Positions 25,960 to 36,644 of a stretch of DNA of 64,000 bases are shown piece after piece. Within the stretch, counting starts at the first letter, position 1. Every line of letters starts with the position of its first letter. Source of the DNA: Candidatus Micrarchaeota archaeon (lineage in GTDB: Archaea; Micrarchaeota; Micrarchaeia; Norongarragalinales; SBBD01); the NCBI GenBank assembly GCA_018819225.1, contig JAHJQN010000003.1, positions 1-64,000 on the forward strand. The letters are read 5' to 3'. The notes beneath the pieces were generated by a model. That model saw only the letters and a list, made by a program, of their open reading frames with translations. It made no database searches and was not told where the DNA came from. The translations under genes and the position numbers were made by a program.

Positions 25960-27856
25960 CGTGGCATCGGAAGTGTGGGAGTACCGGCGACTTAGTGAAA
26001 TGGATGCCTATCTCTTCAAGGAAGGAACGCACAGTCGTTTGTATGAAAAATTCGGGGCCCACATCATGGAAGTGGACGGCACGTCCGGCACGAGTTTCGG
26101 GGTTTGGGCCCCGCACGCAAAAAAAGTTTCCATCATCGGTGATTTCAATGATTGGAACAAACAAGCTCACCCGCTGATCGCAGGCGACGAGGGCACGTGG
26201 GGCGGCTTCCTTCCCGGAGTCCCAAGGGGAGCGCGGTACAAGTATTTCATTGAGTCGCGCGTAGGCGGTTACCGGACCGATAAAGGCGATCCCTTCGCGT
26301 TTCAATGGGAGACGCCTCCGGCGACTGCATCCATCGTTCATTCCGATTCATACGAATGGAAGGACCGCGCGTGGATGAGCCAACGCCGGAAACGAAATGC
26401 GCATGACGCGCCCCTATCCATTTACGAGATGCATATGGGTTCATGGAAAAGCGGGGAAGGCGGCCGCGTGGAGTACCAAGTGCTGGCACCGTTGGTGGCA
26501 GATTACGTAAACGATTTGGGGTTTACGCACATCGAATTACTGCCGATCATGGAACACCCGTTCTACGGATCCTGGGGGTATCAAACCACGGGATTCTATG
26601 CGCCGACTGGCCGGTACGGGCGGCCTGAAGACTTGAAGTATTTCATCGATTACTTGCACCAGAAGAATATCGGCGTGTTTCTGGATTGGGTGCCCTCGCA
26701 TTTTCCGTCCGACGAACACGGCCTCGCATTTTTCGACGGCACGCATTTGTTCGAACCGGATGACGCGCGCCGCCGCATTCAGCCGGACTGGAACAGTTAT
26801 ACCTTTGATTTCACGAAAAAAGAGGTATGCTCGTATTTGACGAGCAACGCCTGTTTCTGGCTCGACCGATACCATGCCGATGGGCTGCGCGTGGACGCGG
26901 TCGCGTCCATGCTCTATTTGGATTACTCGCGTAAGCCCGGGGAATGGACGCCGAACGTGCGAGGAGGAAGAGAAAATTTGGAAGCCATCGACTTCTTAAA
27001 AAAAATGAATGAAACGGTCTACCGAGAATTTCCGGACGTCCAGATGACGGCGGAAGAGTCGACCGCTTGGCCCATGGTATCGCGGCCCACGTACGCAGGC
27101 GGACTGGGGTTCGGCATGAAATGGAACATGGGTTGGATGCACGATACGCTAACCTATTTTTCCAAAGACCCGGTGTTTCGTCCATTCCATCACGACCAAC
27201 TCACGTTTAGCATCTTGTACGCATTCTCTGAAAACTTTATTCTCCCGTTATCCCACGATGAAGTCGTGTACGGAAAAGGATCTCTGTTGAACAAGATGCC
27301 CAAAGACGAATGGCAAAAATTGGCTAACATGCGTTTGTTACTCGCCTATTTTTTTGCGCACCCCGGAAAAAAACTGTTGTTCATGGGAGGCGAGTTCGGG
27401 CAATGGACGGAGTGGTCGCATGAAAAAAAACTGGACTGGAATCTATTGGAGCAGTCTCCTCACCAGGGCATTCGACGACTCACCCAAGATTTGGCGCGCG
27501 CCTACCGCAACGAACCATCCCTTCATGAAAGGGATTTCGAACCCGACGGATTCGAATGGGTCGAATGGTGGGACCGCCAAGCCGGAGTGGTCAGTTTTCT
27601 GAGGAAAACGCATGACGCGAAGGAAGATGTATTGGTGGTACTGAACTTCACGCCGGTGCCTCGCACCGCGTACCCCATTCATGTTAAACGAAAAGGAGTC
27701 TGGAAAGAAATACTGAATACGGATTCCGCTGATTATGGCGGGAGCGGTCAAGGCAATTTGGGGCAGGTTAAAACACGAGAGCACGCGCAAAAAGGCATTG
27801 TCCTGAGTTTGACACTTCCGCCGCTGGGCGCCATATTCTTGAAATGCGGGGAATGA
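25925..27856 (+). CDS. glgB: 1,4-alpha-glucan branching enzyme (GH13_9)
   Basis: 'EHPFYGSWGYQ', 'DWVPSHF', 'GLRVDAVASMLY', 'AEEST', 'LSHDEVV'. Confidence 0.96.
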   Translation: MNPQKKKRNASSVASEVWEYRRLSEMDAYLFKEGTHSRLYEKFGAHIMEVDGTSGTSFGVWAPHAKKVSIIGDFNDWNKQAHPLIAGDEGTWGGFLPGVPRGARYKYFIESRVGGYRTDKGDPFAFQWETPPATASIVHSDSYEWKDRAWMSQRRKRNAHDAPLSIYEMHMGSWKSGEGGRVEYQVLAPLVADYVNDLGFTHIELLPIMEHPFYGSWGYQTTGFYAPTGRYGRPEDLKYFIDYLHQKNIGVFLDWVPSHFPSDEHGLAFFDGTHLFEPDDARRRIQPDWNSYTFDFTKKEVCSYLTSNACFWLDRYHADGLRVDAVASMLYLDYSRKPGEWTPNVRGGRENLEAIDFLKKMNETVYREFPDVQMTAEESTAWPMVSRPTYAGGLGFGMKWNMGWMHDTLTYFSKDPVFRPFHHDQLTFSILYAFSENFILPLSHDEVVYGKGSLLNKMPKDEWQKLANMRLLLAYFFAHPGKKLLFMGGEFGQWTEWSHEKKLDWNLLEQSPHQGIRRLTQDLARAYRNEPSLHERDFEPDGFEWVEWWDRQAGVVSFLRKTHDAKEDVLVVLNFTPVPRTAYPIHVKRKGVWKEILNTDSADYGGSGQGNLGQVKTREHAQKGIVLSLTLPPLGAIFLKCGE

Positions 27857-29664
27857 ATCGAATGCTTCACGGACCCCTGTTGAATAACGACGAAGCGCGT
27901 TTCAATGTATGGGCGCCCCATCGAAACCATGTGGCGGTGCGCGTTAAGGACGACGTGCAATCCATGAAACGGGAATACAACGGCATTTGGAGTACTACCT
28001 TGTCCGGAGCGCGAATGGGAACGCGCTATTCCTTTTTGTTGGATGAAACATTGGACCGCCCGGATCCCGCATCGCATTTCCAGCCGGAAGGCGTTCACCA
28101 ATCATCGGAACTCGTTGACCATAACGTGTTCGAATGGGATGACGATCATTGGCGAGGTCCGAATCCCGCGTCCCTCATAATATACGAACTGCATGTGGGC
28201 ACGTTTACTCGAAAAGGAACCTTCGATGGCGTGATCCGCAGATTACGCGAACTCAAGGAACTCGGCATTACTGCTTTGGAGCTCATGCCCGTATCCCCGT
28301 TTCCAGGAACCCGCAATTGGGGGTACGATGGCGTATACCCTTACGCGGTTCAGCATTCGTACGGAGGACCACATGGATTGAAAAGGCTCGTCAACGCGGC
28401 CCATCAAGAAAACATCGCCGTCCTATTAGACGTGGTGTACAACCATTTGGGTCCGGAAGGCAATTATTTCGCGGATTTCGGACCCTACTTTACGGAACGT
28501 TATTCCACGCCGTGGGGAAAGGCCATCGACTTCGACGGAAAAAACGCTCAACCCGTACGCGCGTATTTCATTCAGAATGCCTTGCATTGGATGGCGCATT
28601 ATCGAATGGATGGACTGCGGTTGGATGCCATTCACGCGATTTTCGACCGGAGCCGAAAACACGTGCTCAAGGAACTCGCAGAAGAAGTAACGCGGTATGA
28701 GAAAAAAAGCGGCCGCCAACGCATACTCATCGCCGAAAGCGATTTGAATGATTCGAAAGTCGTGCGCCCATGGACCCAAAAAGGGTATGGAATCAATGAG
28801 CAGTGGCTGAATGATTTTCATCACAGCATCCATGGACTCCTCACGCATGAAACGCAGGGCTACTACGAGGATTTTAAGGGACTGGACTCCCTCGTCAAGT
28901 GCCTGAATGAAGGATTCGTTTATTCGGGCCAATACTCGCGGTACCGAAAGCGCCATCACGGCAATGCGACCCATGATATGTCACCTCGGCACTTTGTTTC
29001 ATTTATCCAAAGCCATGACGAAGTCGGCAATCGGGCTCTCGGAGAACGCTTGTCGTCCCTGGTTTCATTTCCAGTACTGAAGGTCGCGGCCAGCCTATTG
29101 TTTTTTTCGCCATACACGCCCATGTTGTTTATGGGAGAAGAGTATGGCGAACGACATCCGTTCCAGTATTTTATCAGCCATTCGGATGCCCGTTTGATTC
29201 AGGCGGTTCGCAGCGGCCGTAAGAAAGAATTTTCAGCCTTTCGATGGAAAGACCGCTTGGCGGATCCACAAGATCCTAAAACCTTCCTTCGTTCAATACT
29301 CAGTGAAACCAAACCATTCACGGGAAAGGCGCGTCATTTAAGGGAAGCGTATCAAACGCTCTCTTCCCTCAGAAAAACCATTCCGGCGCTATCGGATCCC
29401 AAACGCCGGTATACCCATGCGTGGGCGGACAAAAAAAACAAGGTGTTGTACCTGAGTCGCAAGGGATACCGGTCTCAGGTACTAGCGATTTTTCACTTCG
29501 GGCGCCCGCCCATAACCATTCATTTACCGTTCCGGGGCGAACGATGGCAAAGGGTCTGGGACTCCGAAAATAATCAAAGGAAAGCAAACCCGCTAGCTCC
29601 CGACAAGGCCATACGCTTAAAGAACATGCATTCGATCCTATTGGAAAAGGTGAACAACGAATGA
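27844..29664 (+). CDS. treZ: Malto-oligosyltrehalose trehalohydrolase
   Basis: 'RNWGYDGV', 'DVVYNHLGPEGNY', 'LRLDAIHAI', 'LIAESD', 'QSHDEVGNRALGER'. Confidence 0.95.
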   Translation: MRGMNRMLHGPLLNNDEARFNVWAPHRNHVAVRVKDDVQSMKREYNGIWSTTLSGARMGTRYSFLLDETLDRPDPASHFQPEGVHQSSELVDHNVFEWDDDHWRGPNPASLIIYELHVGTFTRKGTFDGVIRRLRELKELGITALELMPVSPFPGTRNWGYDGVYPYAVQHSYGGPHGLKRLVNAAHQENIAVLLDVVYNHLGPEGNYFADFGPYFTERYSTPWGKAIDFDGKNAQPVRAYFIQNALHWMAHYRMDGLRLDAIHAIFDRSRKHVLKELAEEVTRYEKKSGRQRILIAESDLNDSKVVRPWTQKGYGINEQWLNDFHHSIHGLLTHETQGYYEDFKGLDSLVKCLNEGFVYSGQYSRYRKRHHGNATHDMSPRHFVSFIQSHDEVGNRALGERLSSLVSFPVLKVAASLLFFSPYTPMLFMGEEYGERHPFQYFISHSDARLIQAVRSGRKKEFSAFRWKDRLADPQDPKTFLRSILSETKPFTGKARHLREAYQTLSSLRKTIPALSDPKRRYTHAWADKKNKVLYLSRKGYRSQVLAIFHFGRPPITIHLPFRGERWQRVWDSENNQRKANPLAPDKAIRLKNMHSILLEKVNNE

Positions 29665-32084
29665 ACCAACACGTTTGCATACACGGACACTTCTATCAGC
29701 CCCCGCGCGAAAATCCGTGGCTGGAGGAAGTGGAAATACAGGAAGCCGCTTATCCGTTCCACGATTGGAATGACCGCATCACGGAAGAATGTTACAAACC
29801 CAACCTCACGGCCCGAGTCATCGACGAGCACGGGTTGATCACCGACTTGATCAACAATTTTTCGACGATCAGCTTCAATGTCGGGCCCACGTTATTATCC
29901 TGGATGGAACGGCATAAACCAAATACGTACGCAGCGATCATTGAAGCGGACGAAAACAGCATGAAAAAATTCAGCGGGCATGGAGCCGCCATGGCGCAGG
30001 TATACAACCACATGATCATGCCACTCGCGCACCCGCGAGACAAAATCACGCAAGTGCGCTGGGGAATCCAAGATTTCAAGAAGCGTTTTCGCCGAGACCC
30101 CGAAGGCATGTGGCTTCCCGAAACCGCGGTGGACACCGAAACGCTTGAGGTCCTTGCGCAACACGGAATACGGTTCACGGTATTGGATCCCCGGCAAGCC
30201 AAAAAAGTGCGGCGCATCAACGGACGACGATGGGTCGACGTATCCGATAGCCGCATTGCCCCGCAGTACCCATACCTATGCCACCTACCGTCAGGAAAAA
30301 CCATCACCCTCTTTTTTTACGACAAACCCATTTCACAAGACATCGCGTTCGGGGGCTTATTGAAGAACGGGGAACGATTCGCGCATCGGATTCTCGAAGG
30401 GTTTTCACCCAAGGACAAGCCGCAGTTGGTGCACGTGGCAACGGACGGGGAAACGTACGGCCACCACCAAAAGAAAGGCGAAATGGCCTTAGGATATGGA
30501 TTGCATTACTTGGAGAGCCGCGAACTCGCCAAGATAACGATCTATGCGGAATTTCTGGAGCGTTATCCTCCTGAACACGAAGTCACTATCGCGGAACGAA
30601 GCGCTTGGAGCTGCGCGCACGGCGTGGACCGATGGTGGAAAGACTGCGGATGCAACAGCGGCAGCAGACCGGGCTGGCATCAACGCTGGCGCGAACCCTT
30701 ACGAAATGCGTTGGACTGGCTGCGAACCCACCTAATGGGCATCTACGAAAGGGAAGCGGCTGCATACGTCAAAGATCCGTGGCAAACGCGAGACGATTAT
30801 ATCTCGGTAGTACTCGACCGCTCCGCGGAAAACGTCGAAGCCTTCTTTACGGCGCACGGGATCCGCCCGCTTTCAGACGACGAAAAACAGAGGCTCCTGA
30901 AGCTACTGGAAATGTCGCGCCACGGCATGCTCATGTACACGAGCTGCGGATGGTTCTTCGATGAAATATCGGGCATTGAAACCGTTCAAGTCATTCAATA
31001 CGCCGCGCGGGCGTCCCAACTGGCCCAAGAGGTATCCGGAGAAGACCTGGAAAGCACATTCGTCCGGTTGCTGGAAAAAGCGCCAAGTAATGTATCCGAA
31101 GTCGGGCATGGAGCCAACGTGTTCCACCGATTCGTAAAACCCGCTTCCCTGGACCTCGTCAAAGTAGCGGCCCATTTCGCCCTCTCAAGCATTTTCGACA
31201 ACACGCGGAATCGCGCATTCAACATGTACTGTTATCAAGTAGAAGAAAAAGCCAACGAAATAACGGAGTCTGGGAAACACCGGCTTTCCGTCGGGCAGTT
31301 ACGCATTTCCTCCCGCATCACAAGGGAAACGCAACACGTCAGTTACGGGGTCTTGTGGCTGGGAGACCACAACTTGTTTGGAGGCGTGCGGCCTTATCGA
31401 AATGAAAAAGACTTTACACAGCTCAAACAGGAATTGCGCGAGCAATTCGAGAAAGCGGAAGTACCCCAGCTTGCTCACCTCATCGAAAAACACTTTGAAG
31501 CCGGACGGTACTCCTTGAGAGACCTTTTCCGGGACGAGCAGCGCAAAACCATCGACTATATTCTCGATTCATCCGTAAAGAACGCGTTGGTGCTCTATAA
31601 AAAAATTTTCGAGGATCATTATACGCTCATACGGTACGTGAATGACTTGGGGATTCACCGGCTCGGCCCCCTTCAAATTGCGGCGGAAGAAGTGTTCCAG
31701 AACGAATTGATTCAAGGACTTAAAGCACCTGATCTCGACTGGAATGCGCTGGAAAAAACCGCTTTGGAGATCAACCGTTTTTCCATCTTGACGGACTGGC
31801 AACCGGTCCGAATGGAAGCCGAAGCCCGCCTCAACAACGAAACAGCGCGTTGGGCCGAAGACCCCCTCCAGGTCAGCCGGATCGAGACGCTGTTGCGCCT
31901 TTCCGTGCTCTACGCTCACCTGCCCATCGAACCCGATTGGCGAGAACTGCAAAACCAAGTATTTATCATTGGAAAAAAATATTTTGAACCAAAAGAGAAG
32001 GCGTCGAAAAAAGGAGGCGTTCACGCCCAACAATGGGCGAACGCGTTCGCTCAACTGAGCCGCCAAGTAGGGGTCAAGTTCTGA
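29661..32084 (+). CDS. GH57 glycoside hydrolase with DUF3536
   Basis: 'IHGHFYQPPRENPW', 'GMWLPETAVD', 'ATDGETYGHH', 'WSCAHGV.RW', 'MYTSCGWFFDE'. Confidence 0.93.
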   Translation: MNQHVCIHGHFYQPPRENPWLEEVEIQEAAYPFHDWNDRITEECYKPNLTARVIDEHGLITDLINNFSTISFNVGPTLLSWMERHKPNTYAAIIEADENSMKKFSGHGAAMAQVYNHMIMPLAHPRDKITQVRWGIQDFKKRFRRDPEGMWLPETAVDTETLEVLAQHGIRFTVLDPRQAKKVRRINGRRWVDVSDSRIAPQYPYLCHLPSGKTITLFFYDKPISQDIAFGGLLKNGERFAHRILEGFSPKDKPQLVHVATDGETYGHHQKKGEMALGYGLHYLESRELAKITIYAEFLERYPPEHEVTIAERSAWSCAHGVDRWWKDCGCNSGSRPGWHQRWREPLRNALDWLRTHLMGIYEREAAAYVKDPWQTRDDYISVVLDRSAENVEAFFTAHGIRPLSDDEKQRLLKLLEMSRHGMLMYTSCGWFFDEISGIETVQVIQYAARASQLAQEVSGEDLESTFVRLLEKAPSNVSEVGHGANVFHRFVKPASLDLVKVAAHFALSSIFDNTRNRAFNMYCYQVEEKANEITESGKHRLSVGQLRISSRITRETQHVSYGVLWLGDHNLFGGVRPYRNEKDFTQLKQELREQFEKAEVPQLAHLIEKHFEAGRYSLRDLFRDEQRKTIDYILDSSVKNALVLYKKIFEDHYTLIRYVNDLGIHRLGPLQIAAEEVFQNELIQGLKAPDLDWNALEKTALEINRFSILTDWQPVRMEAEARLNNETARWAEDPLQVSRIETLLRLSVLYAHLPIEPDWRELQNQVFIIGKKYFEPKEKASKKGGVHAQQWANAFAQLSRQVGVKF

Positions 32085-34642
32085 TGCACGCACCCGTGGC
32101 TACATACCGATTGCAATTCAACCCGGAATTCGCATTTCGTGACGCGGCGAAAATCATCCCATACCTGGATTCGCTGGGAGTCAGCACCATTTACGCCAGC
32201 CCGATCTTCCAAGCCCGTAAAAAAAGCATGCACGGATATGATATCGTTAACGTTCGGCAAATCCGGAACGAGCTCGGAGGAACGCAGGGTTTCCAACGAT
32301 TACTGAAAGCCGTTCGGAGGAAAAAAATGAACTGGCTGCAAGACATCGTGCCCAACCACATGGCATACGATCGGGATAATGCGTGGTTGATGGATGTACT
32401 ACTTAAAGGAAAAGGATCGCGGTACCGCTTTTTTTTCGACGTGGATTGGAACCACCCTTCCCCTGCATTGAAAGGAAGGGTGCTGGCGCCGTTTCTCGGC
32501 AAACCGTATTCGCAATGTCTTCGGGACAGCGAACTGATAATTGAATGGAAAAACGGGTGGCGCGTCCGATATTTTGATACCCTTTTCCCGATCGCGCTGC
32601 CTCGAAATAGTCATGGCAGAGTGCAAGCATCGTTTCGCGGGCACGCTCCAGATCGAAAAGTATTGGAAGAGTGGATGGAACAGCAGCACTATCGCCTCAC
32701 GGACTGGAGAACCACGGCACACGAAACCAATTACCGTAGATTCTTCGACATCAATGGCCTCATAGCCATCTCCGTAGAACATCCCCGCGTCTTCAAAGCC
32801 ACGCATCGACTCATACGCCGTATGTCGCGATGGAAAGGAATCATCGGTTTTCGAGTCGACCACGTCGACGGATTGAAGGACCCCCGCGGGTATCTAGCCA
32901 GGCTTCGGAAAACCGTGCGCGACTACATCATCATTGAAAAAATATTGGCAGAAAATGAAGTGCTTAATGATTGGCCCATCCAAGGAACAACGGGGTACGA
33001 GTTTCTCTATAACGTGAACGGATTATTCGTGGATAAAAAAAAGGAGCCGGCATTTAATGAAATATATACCGCGTTTACGGGAGTACACGGATCTCCCGAA
33101 CAACGCGCCTTCCACACCCGACTTCAAGTAGCCCGCAACTTGTTTTTTGGGGATGCAAAGAATCTGGCCCGCATGGCGCTCGCAACTTCGAAGAAACCCC
33201 GAAGTGACCAATCCGTGGAAGAAGTGGCGAAAGCGTTGTGTCGACTTATGGCGGCATTTCCCGTATACCGCACCTATTTTGAAAAAAAACATTGGAACGT
33301 TAAAGACCAACAAACGATGCAAGACGTTTTTCGCGCCGTAGCATCCAAGTCAAAAAAACAACAACGCCTATTCCGACTGCTTCAACAGTCTTTCGAGACC
33401 GCGGGTAATCGTTCCCCTTCCCGAGCATTCGTGACACGCTTCCAACAATACACGGGCGCAGTCATGGCAAAAGGTTTCGAGGACACGTTCATGTTCCGGT
33501 ACAACCGCCTGCTGTCCCTCAATGAAGTCGGCGGAAACCCCGCTCGATTCGGAATAAGCCCGGAATCCATGCACGCATTCGGGGTTCAGCGCCAACAATC
33601 GAACCCGTTGTCGCTCAACGCATCCAGTACGCACGATACGAAGCGAGGGGAAGATGCGCGGGCACGGTTGAACGTGTTGTCTGAAATTCCGGACGAATGG
33701 AAATCGCATCTCCGTAAATGGGCTCACCTCAACGCGCATTGGAAGCAAAAAAAAAACGGAAGCGCCATTCCTACCCCCAATGAAGAATATTATTTTTATC
33801 AAACGTTGCTGGGAGCCCAACCGTTCGGAAAACCTACTGGGTTGTTTCGCGATCGACTTAAAGAGCACATGACGAAAGCGTTGAGGGAAGCCAAGGAGCA
33901 TTCCAGTTGGACGGCTCCATCACAAGCATACGAAGAAGCAACCCAGCAGTTCATTGACCGCGTAATGCATCCTCGAAGAAACCAAGCGTTTCTTCACTCA
34001 TTCCGCGTGTTTAAAGACCGCGTAGCAGAGTTTGGCATATGGAACTCTCTTTCTCAAACCCTCATCAAAATCACGTTTCCAGGCGTTCCGGATATATACC
34101 AAGGAAGCGAAAGCTGGAATTACTCCTTAACGGATCCAGACAACCGAACACCCGTTTCGTATGCATCCCTGCAGAAAAAAATGAAACGACTTCCGAGAAC
34201 CGCTACTCCATCCAGTATACGACAATGGCTGAAACACCGTTCGGATGGACGTATTAAACTATTCGTCGTGCGCTCGAGCCTTCAACTGCGAAAGCAACAC
34301 CGCGTCCTGTTTGAAAAAGGAACGTATAGTCCACTCTACTTCCAAGGCCCGAAAAAACATCACGCGTTCGGATATCTTCGTCAACATCAGAATGATGCAG
34401 TCATGGTCGTTGTTCCTCGACTTGTTGCGACGCTATGCAAGAATCAACGAATACCATTTGGAAAACGAGCTTGGGAAAACACGCACGTGCTACTGCCGTC
34501 GAACGCACCCAACACGTGGAGAAATATTTTTACAAACGAAATCATTATTGCTACTCAAAGACGCGGGCAACCAACGATCGCATGCGCAGATCTCATGCAA
34601 CGGTTTCCCGTATCCCTGTTGGTTCCCGTGAAAACCATATGA
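32084..34642 (+). CDS. treY: Malto-oligosyltrehalose synthase
   Basis: 'ATYRLQF', 'DIVPNHM', 'NYRRFFDIN', 'RVDHVDGL', 'IEKIL', 'STHDTKRGED'; ATG at 32084 overlaps the upstream TGA. Confidence 0.95.
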   Translation: MHAPVATYRLQFNPEFAFRDAAKIIPYLDSLGVSTIYASPIFQARKKSMHGYDIVNVRQIRNELGGTQGFQRLLKAVRRKKMNWLQDIVPNHMAYDRDNAWLMDVLLKGKGSRYRFFFDVDWNHPSPALKGRVLAPFLGKPYSQCLRDSELIIEWKNGWRVRYFDTLFPIALPRNSHGRVQASFRGHAPDRKVLEEWMEQQHYRLTDWRTTAHETNYRRFFDINGLIAISVEHPRVFKATHRLIRRMSRWKGIIGFRVDHVDGLKDPRGYLARLRKTVRDYIIIEKILAENEVLNDWPIQGTTGYEFLYNVNGLFVDKKKEPAFNEIYTAFTGVHGSPEQRAFHTRLQVARNLFFGDAKNLARMALATSKKPRSDQSVEEVAKALCRLMAAFPVYRTYFEKKHWNVKDQQTMQDVFRAVASKSKKQQRLFRLLQQSFETAGNRSPSRAFVTRFQQYTGAVMAKGFEDTFMFRYNRLLSLNEVGGNPARFGISPESMHAFGVQRQQSNPLSLNASSTHDTKRGEDARARLNVLSEIPDEWKSHLRKWAHLNAHWKQKKNGSAIPTPNEEYYFYQTLLGAQPFGKPTGLFRDRLKEHMTKALREAKEHSSWTAPSQAYEEATQQFIDRVMHPRRNQAFLHSFRVFKDRVAEFGIWNSLSQTLIKITFPGVPDIYQGSESWNYSLTDPDNRTPVSYASLQKKMKRLPRTATPSSIRQWLKHRSDGRIKLFVVRSSLQLRKQHRVLFEKGTYSPLYFQGPKKHHAFGYLRQHQNDAVMVVVPRLVATLCKNQRIPFGKRAWENTHVLLPSNAPNTWRNIFTNEIIIATQRRGQPTIACADLMQRFPVSLLVPVKTI

Positions 34643-36627
34643 ATCATCTTGCGCTTAATACGCTGGCACGGCAGTATGGAATCCAAACGCAGTACCAAGA
34701 CGCCTCCGGAAAAAAAAGGCGGCCTCCTGAACGAACCATTCTGGCCCTTCTGAATGCGTTGGGTTGCCCCATCCATAAAAAAGAAGAGGCAGCATCCTGG
34801 CTTAAAAAAGAACAATTATTGAAATGGCGGCGAACGCTGGACCCCGTAATCATTAACTGGGACAAGGAAACGCTTCACGTACCAATTCGTATTCCCGAAA
34901 GCGAATCGAAAGCAACCTATTCGTACTTGCTACAATTAGAAAACGGAGAAATACGTCGGGGAGTCGCTCGAATGAAAAACGCGCGTACGAAACAACGATG
35001 GGGACCAAACGGACACGCATTTTTGTTAAAGGACATCCGAATTCCAACGAAGCTGCCATGGGGGTACCACCAATTACATATGCGAATTAAAAAGAAAAAA
35101 GCGAGTGCCTACGTCATAACCGCACCTCGTAAAGCAGCTGCTCCTCATCAAAGAAAAACATGGGGCGTGTTTTTACCCCTTCATGCATTTCACTCCGTGA
35201 AGAACCCGTACCCCGCGTATACCGCATGGAGCGCGTTCGTTGGCTGGATAAAAGAAATGAAAGGGGGCGTCGTGGCAACACTTCCTTGGCTTCCCTTGTT
35301 CTTAGAAAATGAAGGGGATGTGAGTCCGTATTCTCCGGTCAGCCGACTCGCCTGGAACGAATTATGGATTGGCTCTCCAAAACCAGATACCCGTTCATCG
35401 ACAGCGAATCCTTCAGAACACGATTTCCTCAACTATGCCGCTCTCTGGAAAAAACGGAAAAAGGCCCTTGAAACAGAGGCGCTGGCCATGAAACCCGGAA
35501 GCGGTAAAAACTATACGGCATTTCAGCGTTTTCAGAGAAATCACCCTACCGTGCAAGCGTATGCGTTATTCCGAGCGCAGAAGATGATGAAAAAAAGGAA
35601 TCAAAGGAAGATGAGTCAAGTCATCAAAATGTTTGCCTATGCCCAATTCGCAGCTGACCAACAAATCCGAATGCTTTCTGAGAAAGCCCGTTGCCAAGGA
35701 GTGCAATTGTATCTCGATTTTCCTCTCGGAGTCCATCCGCAAGGATTTGACGTGTCGGCGTACCCCCAGTCATTTGTACCGGAAGCGCGGGTAGGTGCTC
35801 CTCCGGACCCAGTATTCAAACGAGGCCAAGATTGGGGATTCTTTCCGCTACATCCGCGCCGATTGAGGGAGCAAGGGTATCACTATTTCCATAACTGCTT
35901 ATCGCATCACATGACGTACGCCGATATTTTACGCATTGACCATATCATGGGACTGCACCGTCTTTGGATGATTCCAAAGGATGCGACCTCGGACGAAGGC
36001 GCGTACGTTCATTACAACGCGGAAGAAATGTACGCGGTATTGTGCCTCGAATCTCGTCGGCACCACACCACCATCGTAGGAGAAAATCTAGGAACCGTGC
36101 CTCCCACGGTCAACAAAGCCATGCAACGGCACGGATTGCTCTCCATGTACGTGCTCCAGTACGAGCTGGCTACTGAGGTGCGACCACCACCCGTACCTCA
36201 CAATACGGTAGCCAGTTTGAATACACACGACATGCCGTTATTTTCAGCGTTTTGGAGCGGAAAAGACATTTCCGTTATGACCAAACGACGCGTTTGGAGA
36301 CCAGACGATGCAAAACGCGAAAAACAGTTTAGAAACAAGACGCGAACGGCTTTCTCACGGTATCTTCAACGAAACGGATTTCTTCGGACGCCGTCAACGG
36401 ACACCACAAGCGTTCGAAACGCCGCACACGCTTTCTTAGGTAAATCAAAAGCGGCGCTCGTCGTGTTGAATCTGGAAGATGTATGGAACGAAACCCGGCC
36501 ACAAAATGTTCCTTCAACGAACAGCCGCTTCAATTGGCGGAGGAAAACGAAATACACGTTCGACGCATTCCGAAAACGAGTGGATGTTCTGGAAGCGTTG
36601 GAAGAAATGAAAGAGACCCGAAAATAA
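34639..36627 (+). CDS. malQ: 4-alpha-glucanotransferase (amylomaltase, GH77)
   Basis: 'SPYSPVSR', 'GAPPD...GQDWG', 'LRIDHIMGLHR', 'GENLG', 'NTHDMP'; ATGA overlap with treY. Confidence 0.93.
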   Translation: MNHLALNTLARQYGIQTQYQDASGKKRRPPERTILALLNALGCPIHKKEEAASWLKKEQLLKWRRTLDPVIINWDKETLHVPIRIPESESKATYSYLLQLENGEIRRGVARMKNARTKQRWGPNGHAFLLKDIRIPTKLPWGYHQLHMRIKKKKASAYVITAPRKAAAPHQRKTWGVFLPLHAFHSVKNPYPAYTAWSAFVGWIKEMKGGVVATLPWLPLFLENEGDVSPYSPVSRLAWNELWIGSPKPDTRSSTANPSEHDFLNYAALWKKRKKALETEALAMKPGSGKNYTAFQRFQRNHPTVQAYALFRAQKMMKKRNQRKMSQVIKMFAYAQFAADQQIRMLSEKARCQGVQLYLDFPLGVHPQGFDVSAYPQSFVPEARVGAPPDPVFKRGQDWGFFPLHPRRLREQGYHYFHNCLSHHMTYADILRIDHIMGLHRLWMIPKDATSDEGAYVHYNAEEMYAVLCLESRRHHTTIVGENLGTVPPTVNKAMQRHGLLSMYVLQYELATEVRPPPVPHNTVASLNTHDMPLFSAFWSGKDISVMTKRRVWRPDDAKREKQFRNKTRTAFSRYLQRNGFLRTPSTDTTSVRNAAHAFLGKSKAALVVLNLEDVWNETRPQNVPSTNSRFNWRRKTKYTFDAFRKRVDVLEALEEMKETRK

Positions 36628-36644
36628 GAATTGCGGTTAGTTCG

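Noticed and set aside
32455-32469. CCCTTCCCCTGCATT resembling the family-1 core inside treY
   Set aside because: Coding sequence (HPSPAL) with the 3' half of the core absent.
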